From the NCBI GenBank assembly GCA_964247595.1, contig CAXTUW010000016.1, positions 614-64,613 on the forward strand: DNA of 64,000 bases. Reading direction: 5' to 3'. The notes under the pieces were generated by a model. It worked only from the letters and a program-made list of their open reading frames with translations. It had not been told where the DNA came from and did no database searches. The DNA is from an uncultured Acidobacteriaceae bacterium (GTDB taxonomy: Bacteria > Acidobacteriota > Terriglobia > Terriglobales > Acidobacteriaceae). Each line of letters begins with the position of its first letter. Within the stretch, counting starts at the first letter, position 1. Shown here in pieces: positions 47,883 to 56,545 of the stretch. Both the position numbers and the translations under genes were made by a program.

Positions 47883-48773
47883 TCAGGGACGGATCGGCGG
47901 TTGGGGCATTCTGCCCCAACGTACACTTCGGCCAAATTGTTGAGCGCGGCTTTGCAGAACACTGACCAAGATCAGCCAAGGCTCCGCCAAGTAGCGGAAC
48001 GCCAATCGGCGCGGCTCATTGGCCAGCCGGTAGGCCCACTCCAGACCTGCCTGTCCCATCCAATCCGGCGGTTTCGGAAGAGCACCTGCGAAGTAATCTA
48101 ACGTAGCCCCGGAGGACACAATCACATTCGCCTTAATGGCTTCGAAGTTCTCCTCGATCCAGTTCTCCTGGACGGGCATACCCATGCCCACGAACAGGAT
48201 GTGCGGACGAAAGGAAGCGATACGGGCCAGCATGGCCTGGTTTTCAGCGCCACCCTGGACTTTAGAGAAATACCCGTGTTGCGTCTCGAGAACAAGGTTC
48301 GGAAACGCGCGACGCAGGGCATCACCACCCGCGGCCGCTACCGACTCCGAGGAACCCAGATAAAAGATGCGCCAGCCGTTCTTCTCCGCCAAACCAAGGA
48401 GTTGTGGCAGGGTTTGGTTATAAGCGATGCGATGCTTGCGCTGCACCGCAAAACCATGAAGCCGAGCCAGCAGCACCATAGACATTCCATCCATCAAGGT
48501 AAGGTGGGCGCGCTCATAGTAACGATGTAACGGGCCGTGACAGTTGGCCTTCATCTCCATATGCCACAGATATAAGCTATGCAGATTGTGATGGGCCGTC
48601 AGGCATTTGCCATCCCTGGCGATCACCTCGGAGATGGTGTTGTGAAAGGCCTCAGCCTCCATGGGATGGACATGAATGCCAAGAAAGTTCACCTCAGGTC
48701 TGCCCGGGTCGGCTAGCACAATTGCCCGGGTATCGCCGAGGAGAGCATCCGGGTTTGTGCCGATTGAGGTCAT
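47883..48773 (-). CDS. WecB/TagA/CpsF family glycosyltransferase
   Basis: AHHNLHS, DGMSMV, IFYLGSS, HGYF, FVGMGMPVQENWI, GATLDYFAG, GLEWAYRLANEPRRL. Confidence 0.93.
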   Translation of the reverse strand: MTSIGTNPDALLGDTRAIVLADPGRPEVNFLGIHVHPMEAEAFHNTISEVIARDGKCLTAHHNLHSLYLWHMEMKANCHGPLHRYYERAHLTLMDGMSMVLLARLHGFAVQRKHRIAYNQTLPQLLGLAEKNGWRIFYLGSSESVAAAGGDALRRAFPNLVLETQHGYFSKVQGGAENQAMLARIASFRPHILFVGMGMPVQENWIEENFEAIKANVIVSSGATLDYFAGALPKPPDWMGQAGLEWAYRLANEPRRLAFRYLAEPWLILVSVLQSRAQQFGRSVRWGRMPQPPIRP

Positions 48774-48809
48774 AGTTCATCTCCAGATTTTTTCAACTGC
48801 TAATGCCTA

Positions 48810-48865
48810 AAACAGTGGCGGCAACTTCACGGTGAAGTGTCTCGTACCACTGTTTATGCCGCTAC
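48810..48865 (-). promoter_or_regulatory. Candidate structured leader upstream of the EPS cluster
   Basis: Overlapping complementary segments 48810-48818/48847-48855 and 48815-48823/48857-48865, plus hairpin 48824-48838. Confidence 0.3.
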
Positions 48866-49051
48866 ACCTGCCAGATCTATGTCGTGAAGCTCATCCCTCT
48901 GGCACAAACCGATTCCCAACATAACTCTGCTTTTCCATGGCGGTGCGTTCCGATGGGCCAGCCTACCGAGACTGAACCCTGCTCCATGGAGGGCTGACTT
49001 ACTAGCTGAGCCCAACTTCTAATCGCGGACCGCATTCCTTTTTACCTTCAG

Positions 49052-49465
49052 TTACTTTGCCTGTACCGAATGAAGGCTGAAAACACGGCCAAAGATACGC
49101 GGGATCTGAAATCTTCCAAGCAGCCCACCTTTGAAACCGGGATGACGTAGGTCTTGCAGCGACAGCATTGGACTACACTCTTCAAAACCCAATCTCGAAA
49201 GGTCCTCGACGGACATATGCAAGTGATGCAGGACGGTTTCGCCTCGCGAAAGCCGGGCATCGGCTACCCCAAGGCTCAGGGCGTCTAATAAGCAGGCTTG
49301 CTCCATGTGCCGGGAATAGGTCAACCAACTCGCCTGTGGGCTTACCATGACCTTCTTGCCTGGGCCAGAAAGCAGCGTGGCTCGAAGAGTTACCTCAAAT
49401 AACGGGTGCCCCTGTGCCGGTCGTATCTCGACCGCAAAAGCCACGGATGGTAGGTTTTGTTGCAT
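49052..49465 (-). CDS. Hypothetical protein
   Basis: 137-aa ATG-started ORF in an otherwise empty gap, globular-looking composition; no motif recognised. Confidence 0.45.
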   Translation of the reverse strand: MQQNLPSVAFAVEIRPAQGHPLFEVTLRATLLSGPGKKVMVSPQASWLTYSRHMEQACLLDALSLGVADARLSRGETVLHHLHMSVEDLSRLGFEECSPMLSLQDLRHPGFKGGLLGRFQIPRIFGRVFSLHSVQAK

Positions 49466-50228
49466 ATGTGGCAGTCTCTCTACAACTAAGGTGGTAGGTG
49501 CAGATTAACCTATGAATGAGGTTCTGCAAGCCACAAAAAGGTTTACACGATAGTCACTACTCGCAGGGTCCAAAGGGCAGCGCACGAGAGGTTGGCCTGG
49601 CTGGATTACAGTGAGGCTGGGCTATTGATTTGTCAGAAGGAGCGCGTCTTGGTCCTTTGCGCCTCTGAAACGTCAGCGGTCGCTACGGCCGGTTGAGGAT
49701 TGGCAGCTGTGGAGGATCGGAGAGTAATCCACCTCGCAGAGCCCAAGTCCAATCCATTAAGGACGATGCCCGCGCTCTGGAAGCACACATCGAAAGACGT
49801 TCTCGTCCCCCCGTGCTGTGGGGACTTCGATTCGTCCCGAATGACCGCGATGCCCAATCCCTATTCTTAGTCTTCGGATCTGTTGGACCGGAGTGTCGAA
49901 AAGCAACGCTTGATTGGTAGCGCTTCCTGAGGCCAAGATCTCCAAATCGAGATGAGTCCTTCGCGTCATGCCAAACCGGAGCACAATGCTGCCGAAATCT
50001 TTCGATCCCGTAGTCAGCCGCCCGTAACGCGTCCACATGAGCTGGAGAGATCTACCCAGCCTTTTCGTAGTTTAATGAGGACGCCATGGGTGCTTTATCG
50101 TCTCTGCAAGAGAAAGATGACAATGCAAGGCTGTGATTCCTGATTTAAATATAGTTTAATCGCTACACAGTGGGTGAGCTGGGTGTTGGCAACGCCGACC
50201 GTTAAGTCACCTCGAATAACAGCTCGTC

Positions 50229-51407
50229 TTACTTTGAAAGGCTGAGGCCGCGGGGGTCGGTAAAGCGCATCATGAGTCCCCAGCCGTATCTGGTGCGGGG
50301 ACGCAGGTCGTCATGAACGGAGGCGTAATAAGCGACAGCAATCTCGTTCTTCCCTATTTGTAGTGGGATATTAAATGAGCCGTTCTCCAGAGAAAGCCGG
50401 CCGTCAGGGTCACGGCGCTCTGATTCGGGGTAATAGAAGTTCTTGCCCCTCGTGACCAATTTCCCGTTGACGAAAACCGAGGTTTCGCCCACCCATCCAA
50501 GCGAAACATGTTTCATCTCCGCCCGGGCAGCTTGGACGGTAAAACGCATCCAGCCAAGAGCTGGTGGGTCGTCCGAGGCCATGTATTGACGGTTGAGATT
50601 CAGCAAGCCATCTCGCTCGGCGTTGGCATCCTTCCACTCATTCGCGGTTACCGGCATCTCGGCATACGTCGGCGTCCCCAGTTTGCGCCAGGGCGCGAGG
50701 GTCGATACTTGCCAGTGCCGGACTATGCCGGGATCCTTGGCAGTGGGATCGAGTGCCGGCTGGTCCGAAAGGTGATCTACAGCCTCCGGCGTAATCACCA
50801 AATTGGCAAAGACGGCAGGGCCACGCAATTTAATGGAGCCCTCTGCGGAGCCACTTTCAAGATTACCGACTGTAAGTACGGGGACTGGCAGACAGTTGAC
50901 GTACACGTTGAGGCGATGCGCGGACACAACGAGACGAACATGATTCCATCCCTCGAGCACGAAGGCATGGTTTTGGTACTGCGGATAGATATTCCACAGC
51001 ATGAAGCCGTTGATCATAGGGGCGTACTGAACGCAGTCGTTCGAAGCGCGACACTCGCCGAACATGCGTAGATAGACCTCTTCGCCGTTCTGTCTGCCCT
51101 CAGGCCCCTGATCGCGGAACTGGATGCCGGGCATGTCAGCGGCAAGCGGCTTGAAGTCGTACTCAATGGTGCCGGTGCGGAACGTAAGGCCGAGGAGCTC
51201 GCTAGTGCCGGCTTTGGCCATCAGTAAACCTTGCGGGAAGCCCTCCTTCTTGAGGAATTCAACTTCGGCCTTGGGTCCCATGCTGTCTGCCCCGAGAGGA
51301 CGCCAGAAATCGGACGTCATTGATATCTTTACCGGTCCGGCTGCATTGGCGTTAAAGGTCAGAATGAAGACAATGCAGCAGTAAGCCTGACGCACGTGCG
51401 TTAACAA
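50229..51407 (-). CDS. Secreted hypothetical protein with ConA/LamG-like (DUF1080-like) beta-sandwich
   Basis: Signal peptide; GTIEYDF, GWNHVRLVV...LNVYVN pattern; second jelly-roll-like domain (SVFVNGKLV). Confidence 0.7.
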   Translation of the reverse strand: MLTHVRQAYCCIVFILTFNANAAGPVKISMTSDFWRPLGADSMGPKAEVEFLKKEGFPQGLLMAKAGTSELLGLTFRTGTIEYDFKPLAADMPGIQFRDQGPEGRQNGEEVYLRMFGECRASNDCVQYAPMINGFMLWNIYPQYQNHAFVLEGWNHVRLVVSAHRLNVYVNCLPVPVLTVGNLESGSAEGSIKLRGPAVFANLVITPEAVDHLSDQPALDPTAKDPGIVRHWQVSTLAPWRKLGTPTYAEMPVTANEWKDANAERDGLLNLNRQYMASDDPPALGWMRFTVQAARAEMKHVSLGWVGETSVFVNGKLVTRGKNFYYPESERRDPDGRLSLENGSFNIPLQIGKNEIAVAYYASVHDDLRPRTRYGWGLMMRFTDPRGLSLSK

Positions 51408-51872
51408 CGAGGAACTCCTTCAAGTCGACAATCGCTTCTCAAACTAGAACCACTTCAGAATACGACGGATGCGGCAGGGGTATGCGACATGACGGAGTTC
51501 AGCGATCGTGAGAAGTAGAAACTCGCAGCCAGCATCGGATGCAGTTCCATGCCATTCCGCGAATCTGACTTACTCAGATCATTTCCTGGCTCCCCTTGCG
51601 ATGTATTCATGGTTTCAGGTCTGGCGAGCGTACCGCGCTTTGCTCGCGGGCACGGGACGCACCCTAGGCCATCACCTGATGCGATGGGTAGACTCGGCTA
51701 TATAGCAGATCTGCTCCTTGGCTCAGACTGCCTCCATCGTCATCATCTTCTCGCGTTGCCTGCGTGGTTTGACTTTGGCATGCATGCCGAACGCTGGACA
51801 GGGTTCCCCTGTGTACCTTAGAGTCCTGCGATAGCCCATCCAGGGCAGTGACGCGCGCGAAAGTGAGACGCC

Positions 51873-53228
51873 ATCCGAAGCTTAAATCGCAGATCCTTCC
51901 TTCAATCGGCCGGTAAGACGGCTCTTGTTGCTTCTATGGCAACCCGCCTCGAACCCATATTCGCTCATGCCTCGGCACCGGCTCGGCGGTCGCCGAACGA
52001 CAGCATTCAACTGGCCCTGATCGGTGCCGGCATTCAAGGGCAGAGCGATACCCGATTTGCGTTGCAGGTACCTGGCGTCAAGCTGGTGGCCGTCGCGGAT
52101 TGCTATGACGGCCGCCTGGCCCACGCGAAAGAACTATGGGGCGCGGACGTGTTCACCACGCGTGACTACCGGGAGATTCTTGCGCGTAAAGACATCGATG
52201 CCGTGCTAATTGCCACGCCGGACCACTGGCACAAGCAGGCAGCGGTGGACGCCATGCAAGCAGGCAAGGATGTCTATCTCGAGAAGCCGATGATTCACAT
52301 CTATCCCGATGGTCCGGAGATCATCGAAACCGCTCACGCGACCAATCGCATTCTGCAGGCGGGCAGCCAGCGCGTCAGCTCGATGGTGTACGCGAAAGCC
52401 AAGGAACTGCTGGCCTCCGGGGCTATCGGCAAGCTCAACATGGTCAGTGCCCGCTGGGATCGCAACTCGTCGATCGGTGCGTGGAATTATTCCATTCCTC
52501 TGGATGCTTCAACGCAGACGTGCGATTGGCCAAGGTTCGAGGGCACTGCGCCGAAGATGGACTTTTCCGCGGAGCGCTTCTTCCAGTGGCGCAAATGGAA
52601 GGACTATGGCTCGGGTGTGGCGGGCGACCTGTTTGTGCACCTATTCAGCGGTACGCACTTCATCACCGGTGCACACGGCCCCACACGCGCCATGGCGACT
52701 GGCGGCCTGCGCTACTGGAAGGACGGACGCGATGCCAATGACGTCCTGCTGGCGTTGTTTGACTACCCTGAGGGCTTTAACCTGAGCCTGCGCGTGAACT
52801 TCGTCGATGGCGGCGAGGAGAGTGAAGGATTTCTCTTCACCGGCTCGGAGGGACAGATGGAGATCGTGGGCAAAACCAACACGGTGACCGTGACGCGCGT
52901 ACCGCCGGCCAAGGATCCGGGGTATACCGTGTCCACCTTCGCCGATGCGATGCAGAAGCAGATGATCGGTGCCCATCGTGAAAAGTATCCGGTAGAACAT
53001 CCCAGCGGGCCACCTTCGCAGGACGTCCAGAGCTTCGCAGCACCGGATGGCTACTCAGACAGCTATGACCATTTCCATAACTTCTTCAACGCCGTTCGCA
53101 GCCGAAGGCCGGTGGCGGAAGATGCCACCTTCGGCTTCCGCGCTGCAGGTGCGGCACTGCTGAGCAATCTCAGCGTCGAGCGCGACAGCATCGTGCACTG
53201 GAACCCTGAGGCGATGAAGGTGGTCTAA
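51873..53228 (+). CDS. Gfo/Idh/MocA family oxidoreductase with Tat signal
   Basis: IGAGIQG, DAVLIATPDHWH, DVYLEKPM, GDLFVH. In-frame LNRRSFLQ Tat motif upstream of ATG 51936; the 5' end shown is an ATC. Confidence 0.92.
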   Translation: MRSLNRRSFLQSAGKTALVASMATRLEPIFAHASAPARRSPNDSIQLALIGAGIQGQSDTRFALQVPGVKLVAVADCYDGRLAHAKELWGADVFTTRDYREILARKDIDAVLIATPDHWHKQAAVDAMQAGKDVYLEKPMIHIYPDGPEIIETAHATNRILQAGSQRVSSMVYAKAKELLASGAIGKLNMVSARWDRNSSIGAWNYSIPLDASTQTCDWPRFEGTAPKMDFSAERFFQWRKWKDYGSGVAGDLFVHLFSGTHFITGAHGPTRAMATGGLRYWKDGRDANDVLLALFDYPEGFNLSLRVNFVDGGEESEGFLFTGSEGQMEIVGKTNTVTVTRVPPAKDPGYTVSTFADAMQKQMIGAHREKYPVEHPSGPPSQDVQSFAAPDGYSDSYDHFHNFFNAVRSRRPVAEDATFGFRAAGAALLSNLSVERDSIVHWNPEAMKVV

Positions 53229-53256
53229 AATCCGGCGTGGAGGTCGCTCATTCATC

Positions 53257-53341
53257 TCGTTCTGAGCGAAGTGTAGGACGTATTTCGTGTAAAGCGTAGT
53301 GGCGCTTGAAGCAAGCAGGTCTTTCGCTTCGCCCAGGATGA
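53257..53341. repeat. REP-like long hairpin (TCGTTCTGAGCGAAG...CTTCGCCCAGGATGA)
   Basis: 23-nt arms 53257-53279 and 53319-53341 pair with two mismatches and G-T wobbles on the plus strand, just after the Gfo stop. Confidence 0.6.
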
Positions 53342-53490
53342 CAATTCCAAAGCAGAAAGCCGGACAGTTTCGAGATGAGAAATCTCCACAGCAGCAGTTC
53401 TGAGATACAAGCAATCTCTAAGTCAAGCAATCTATGAGTTCCGAGTAGAGCTGAACGTGAATTAGCGATCCTGAAGGAGTCAAGCAGGCC

Positions 53491-54897
53491 ATGTTACGCA
53501 AACACCTCGCGCTTCCTTTGCTCTTGTCTTCACTAGTAGGCCTGCCGATCCATGCTCAAGACCCCGAGCATGCCAAAGAATTCCGCATGCAATACCCCGG
53601 AAACGGCCCAGGGGGCGAGCCGCGTATCGCTTTCCTGTCGCATCGTCTCGGGACGGATCATGCTGAGGGCATTTCCCTGCTCGATATGAACGGCGATGGA
53701 TTTCAGGATCTGCTAAGTGGGGCGTATTGGTATGAGAATCCGGGTGCAAAAGGTGGTGAGTGGAAGCAGCACCAGTTTCGCTCGGTCGGCATCCACAATG
53801 AATTTGTAAGCGACTGCGGTGAGTGGATCGTGGATGTCGATCACGATGGATTGCCGGATCTGGTGACCGCAGGCTGGATCACAAATGGCCTGTGGTGGTA
53901 TCGCAATCCTGGGCCCAAGGCCATTGCAGCCGGTGCCATGTGGACGGGTGAAAAGATCACGGACAGCTTCGACACCGAAGGCGGTGCCTTCGCCGACATC
54001 AATGGAGACGGCAAGCCTGATCTCGCGCTTGCGCACTATAACCGAGCCGGCGTGCTGTGGGTGGACTTCAGCCAGGCCAAGCCCATGGTGCATCATCTTG
54101 GCGGCCGCGCGGAGGATGGACACGGCATCGGGATCGCTGACATCGACGGTGATGGGAAGGCTGATGTGCTGACAACGCACGGCTGGTTTCGGCAGATTGA
54201 CGCCAAGGGGGACAAGTGGGAGTGGCATGGCGACTGGGACATTGGGGATGCCGGCTTTCCCATTCTCGGCTATGACGTGAACGGCGACGGCAAGCTCGAT
54301 CTGATGTACGGCCAGGGCCACGGATATGGGCTTTACTGGCTCGAACAGGCAGGTACGACGGATCATCGCATCTGGATTCGGCACACAATCGATGAGTCCT
54401 TTTCACAGTCGCACGCGCTGGCCCTGGTCGACATCGATGGGGATGGCGTGCCGGAGTTGATCACCGGCAAGCGTTATCGTGGCCACTCCGGCAACGATCC
54501 GGGATCGTACGATCCAGTCGTTGTGTATGCCTATAAGCTGCCGGGGAAAGCACAGTTTGCTTCGCTGGGAGGCAAGGACGGCCAGCCCTCCGCAGGTGCT
54601 GCGAGCAGCATGGTTGTCGCCGAGCCGTCGGCTGACCCGGTCTTCACACGCATAACGCTGTCTGAGAACGGAACGGCGAGTGCCGGGACGCAGTTTGTGG
54701 TTGCCGATCTGGATCATGACGGTGATCTCGACATCGCCAGCGCCGGCAAACTGGGCGTGCACGTGCTCGAAAACCTCAAGAACAACACCGTGCCCAAGCC
54801 CGTGCGTGAAGAGACACAGCCTATCAATCGCGCCTGGCCGTTCCCAGGGGAGGGCAAAGACGTGCAGCAGGAAGAAGGCCCAAGTCCGCAGAACTAA
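53491..54897 (+). CDS. Secreted FG-GAP/VCBS repeat beta-propeller protein
   Basis: Signal peptide; repeated DxNGDGxxDL (DMNGDGFQDL, DINGDGKPDL, DIDGDGKADV, DVNGDGKLDL, DLDHDGDLDI). Confidence 0.9.
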   Translation: MLRKHLALPLLLSSLVGLPIHAQDPEHAKEFRMQYPGNGPGGEPRIAFLSHRLGTDHAEGISLLDMNGDGFQDLLSGAYWYENPGAKGGEWKQHQFRSVGIHNEFVSDCGEWIVDVDHDGLPDLVTAGWITNGLWWYRNPGPKAIAAGAMWTGEKITDSFDTEGGAFADINGDGKPDLALAHYNRAGVLWVDFSQAKPMVHHLGGRAEDGHGIGIADIDGDGKADVLTTHGWFRQIDAKGDKWEWHGDWDIGDAGFPILGYDVNGDGKLDLMYGQGHGYGLYWLEQAGTTDHRIWIRHTIDESFSQSHALALVDIDGDGVPELITGKRYRGHSGNDPGSYDPVVVYAYKLPGKAQFASLGGKDGQPSAGAASSMVVAEPSADPVFTRITLSENGTASAGTQFVVADLDHDGDLDIASAGKLGVHVLENLKNNTVPKPVREETQPINRAWPFPGEGKDVQQEEGPSPQN

Positions 54898-54898
54898 G

Positions 54899-54971
54899 GT
54901 GACAAGTAAGCTCGTTTCGCGTGACTTGTCACAGGTGCGAGGTTTTATTTGTCATCTTATAGGGATGACAA
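54899..54971. terminator. Two hairpins between convergent genes (terminator/REP-like)
   Basis: GTGACAAGT/ACTTGTCAC (54899-54932) and TTGTCATC/GATGACAA (54949-54971). Confidence 0.5.
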
Positions 54972-55020
54972 GACAGAGTTCGATGACAGATGAAGCTACT
55001 CCTACACATGCAAGGAGTCA

Positions 55021-56544
55021 TCAGCTAGAGAACGGATCGCTTGGAAGGAAGAGGCTAAACACCGTCCCGCTTCTCTCCGAACCGACTCGCGACCGTACAC
55101 GTAGCGAACCCCGGTGTTTATCGACAATTCCCTTCGCGATCCAGAGGCCCAGGCCCGTGCCGTTGATTCCCTTTGTTGTAAAGAACGCTTCGAAGATGCG
55201 AGCGAAAGCATGCGGTTCAATGCCATACCCGGTATCGGCAACCGTGATGCGCACGCCGCTCAAACCCGTCTCCCAGGAATGCGCGCTTGTAGTCCGGATA
55301 TAAAGCTTCCCGCCCAGCTTCATCGATTCGATGGCATTGCCGACAAGGTTGTTGAGCACCTGCCGGATTTCGCCCTCGTAGCACGTAACCCGATCGACGC
55401 TGCCATACTGTAGAACCAACTCGATGTTCGCATTGCTGAGTCTGCCGGCGAACATCCCCAACGCGGGGGTCAGAAGCTCTTGCGCCGAGATGGCTCGCGG
55501 CTTGGTGGACTGCCGATGAAAGCGGAGGGTGTGGCTTACGATCTGCGACACGCGCGCGAGTTCATGATCTGCGGTTTCGAGAAAATCCTTTACATCTTCC
55601 GGCAAGCCATCGCTTTGGCGAGCCAGGAAAAGCAGATTGGTAATCGCTTCCAAGGGATTGTTGATTTCGTGAGAGATCGATGCCGCCAGCCTGCCGACCG
55701 CGGCCAGTTTTTCACTCTGAATCAGCGCCGACTCCGCCCGTTTCTGCTGATCGATATCGGAGAGCGCAACCACTCCCCCGGTTACTTGCCCGAACTCATT
55801 GAGGACCGGTGCTGCCGCGAGACTGACCCAGGCAAGCGTGCCGTCGCCTCGTTGATACAGGTATTCTTCTGGAGGCAACGAGCGTCCGCTCCTGATGGCG
55901 CGGGCCAGGGGAAACTCATCCCCGGCCACCCTTCTGCCATCCTCGTGGAACGCGATCCACTGCCCATGGCTTTCGATATCTGCACTCGGAATCATGGGGT
56001 GACGGACGATGGTTTCCAGACGCCGATTGGCTCGGACAATCTCTCCTGACGCCTTGGCAAACACGACGCCTACCGGCAGGCTGTCGAGCATGGCCTCCAG
56101 GAGCTCTCGCTCTTCCTTCAGTTCAGCCACTGCATCTCTGATTTGGTATTGCCGGGCTCGCGCTCGGAGCGCCGCTTGCACGCTGCTGACAAGCGTAGCC
56201 GTTCGAATCGGGCGTTCTAAAAGAATCGGCGAGCCGAGCGGAATTCTTTCAGCCTGGAGCCGGGAGGTGCGCGACGTCTCGCGTCCACTGGCCGTGATGA
56301 TCAGGACTGGGAGATCGGACCAGGAGGGCTGATGCTGCAGGTGATAGCTCAACTGTTCGATGTGGACTGAGGTGAGCGCCTCCTCGGCGATCAACAGAGG
56401 GCCAAACAACGCATCGTTGTGCAGGTCCCGGAGAACACTGTCTAAGGTACTCGCCAATGCAGGAATTTCATGCTGTTGCAGCACGGCGACGATGAGTTCC
56501 GAATCGCGTCCCGTGGGCGCAATCACACGGACGTGCAAGCTCAC
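55021..56544 (-). CDS. Sensor histidine kinase: pseudo-receiver-like N-terminus, PAS/PAC, HisKA, HATPase
   Basis: GRLAASISHEINNPL, QVLNNLVGNA, VADTGYG, FFTTKGINGTGLGL; GTG 56544 directly after the kaiC-like stop. Confidence 0.93.
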   Translation of the reverse strand: MSLHVRVIAPTGRDSELIVAVLQQHEIPALASTLDSVLRDLHNDALFGPLLIAEEALTSVHIEQLSYHLQHQPSWSDLPVLIITASGRETSRTSRLQAERIPLGSPILLERPIRTATLVSSVQAALRARARQYQIRDAVAELKEERELLEAMLDSLPVGVVFAKASGEIVRANRRLETIVRHPMIPSADIESHGQWIAFHEDGRRVAGDEFPLARAIRSGRSLPPEEYLYQRGDGTLAWVSLAAAPVLNEFGQVTGGVVALSDIDQQKRAESALIQSEKLAAVGRLAASISHEINNPLEAITNLLFLARQSDGLPEDVKDFLETADHELARVSQIVSHTLRFHRQSTKPRAISAQELLTPALGMFAGRLSNANIELVLQYGSVDRVTCYEGEIRQVLNNLVGNAIESMKLGGKLYIRTTSAHSWETGLSGVRITVADTGYGIEPHAFARIFEAFFTTKGINGTGLGLWIAKGIVDKHRGSLRVRSRVGSERSGTVFSLFLPSDPFSS

Positions 56545-56545
56545 G

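Noticed and set aside
48857-48870. GGTGTAGCGGC as an ops/JUMPstart element
   Set aside because: Does not match GGCGGTAG closely enough, and no RfaH/NusG paralogue is in the window.
49633-50143. Several overlapping 60-117 aa ORFs
   Set aside because: No motif, RBS or coding-like composition identifies any as real.
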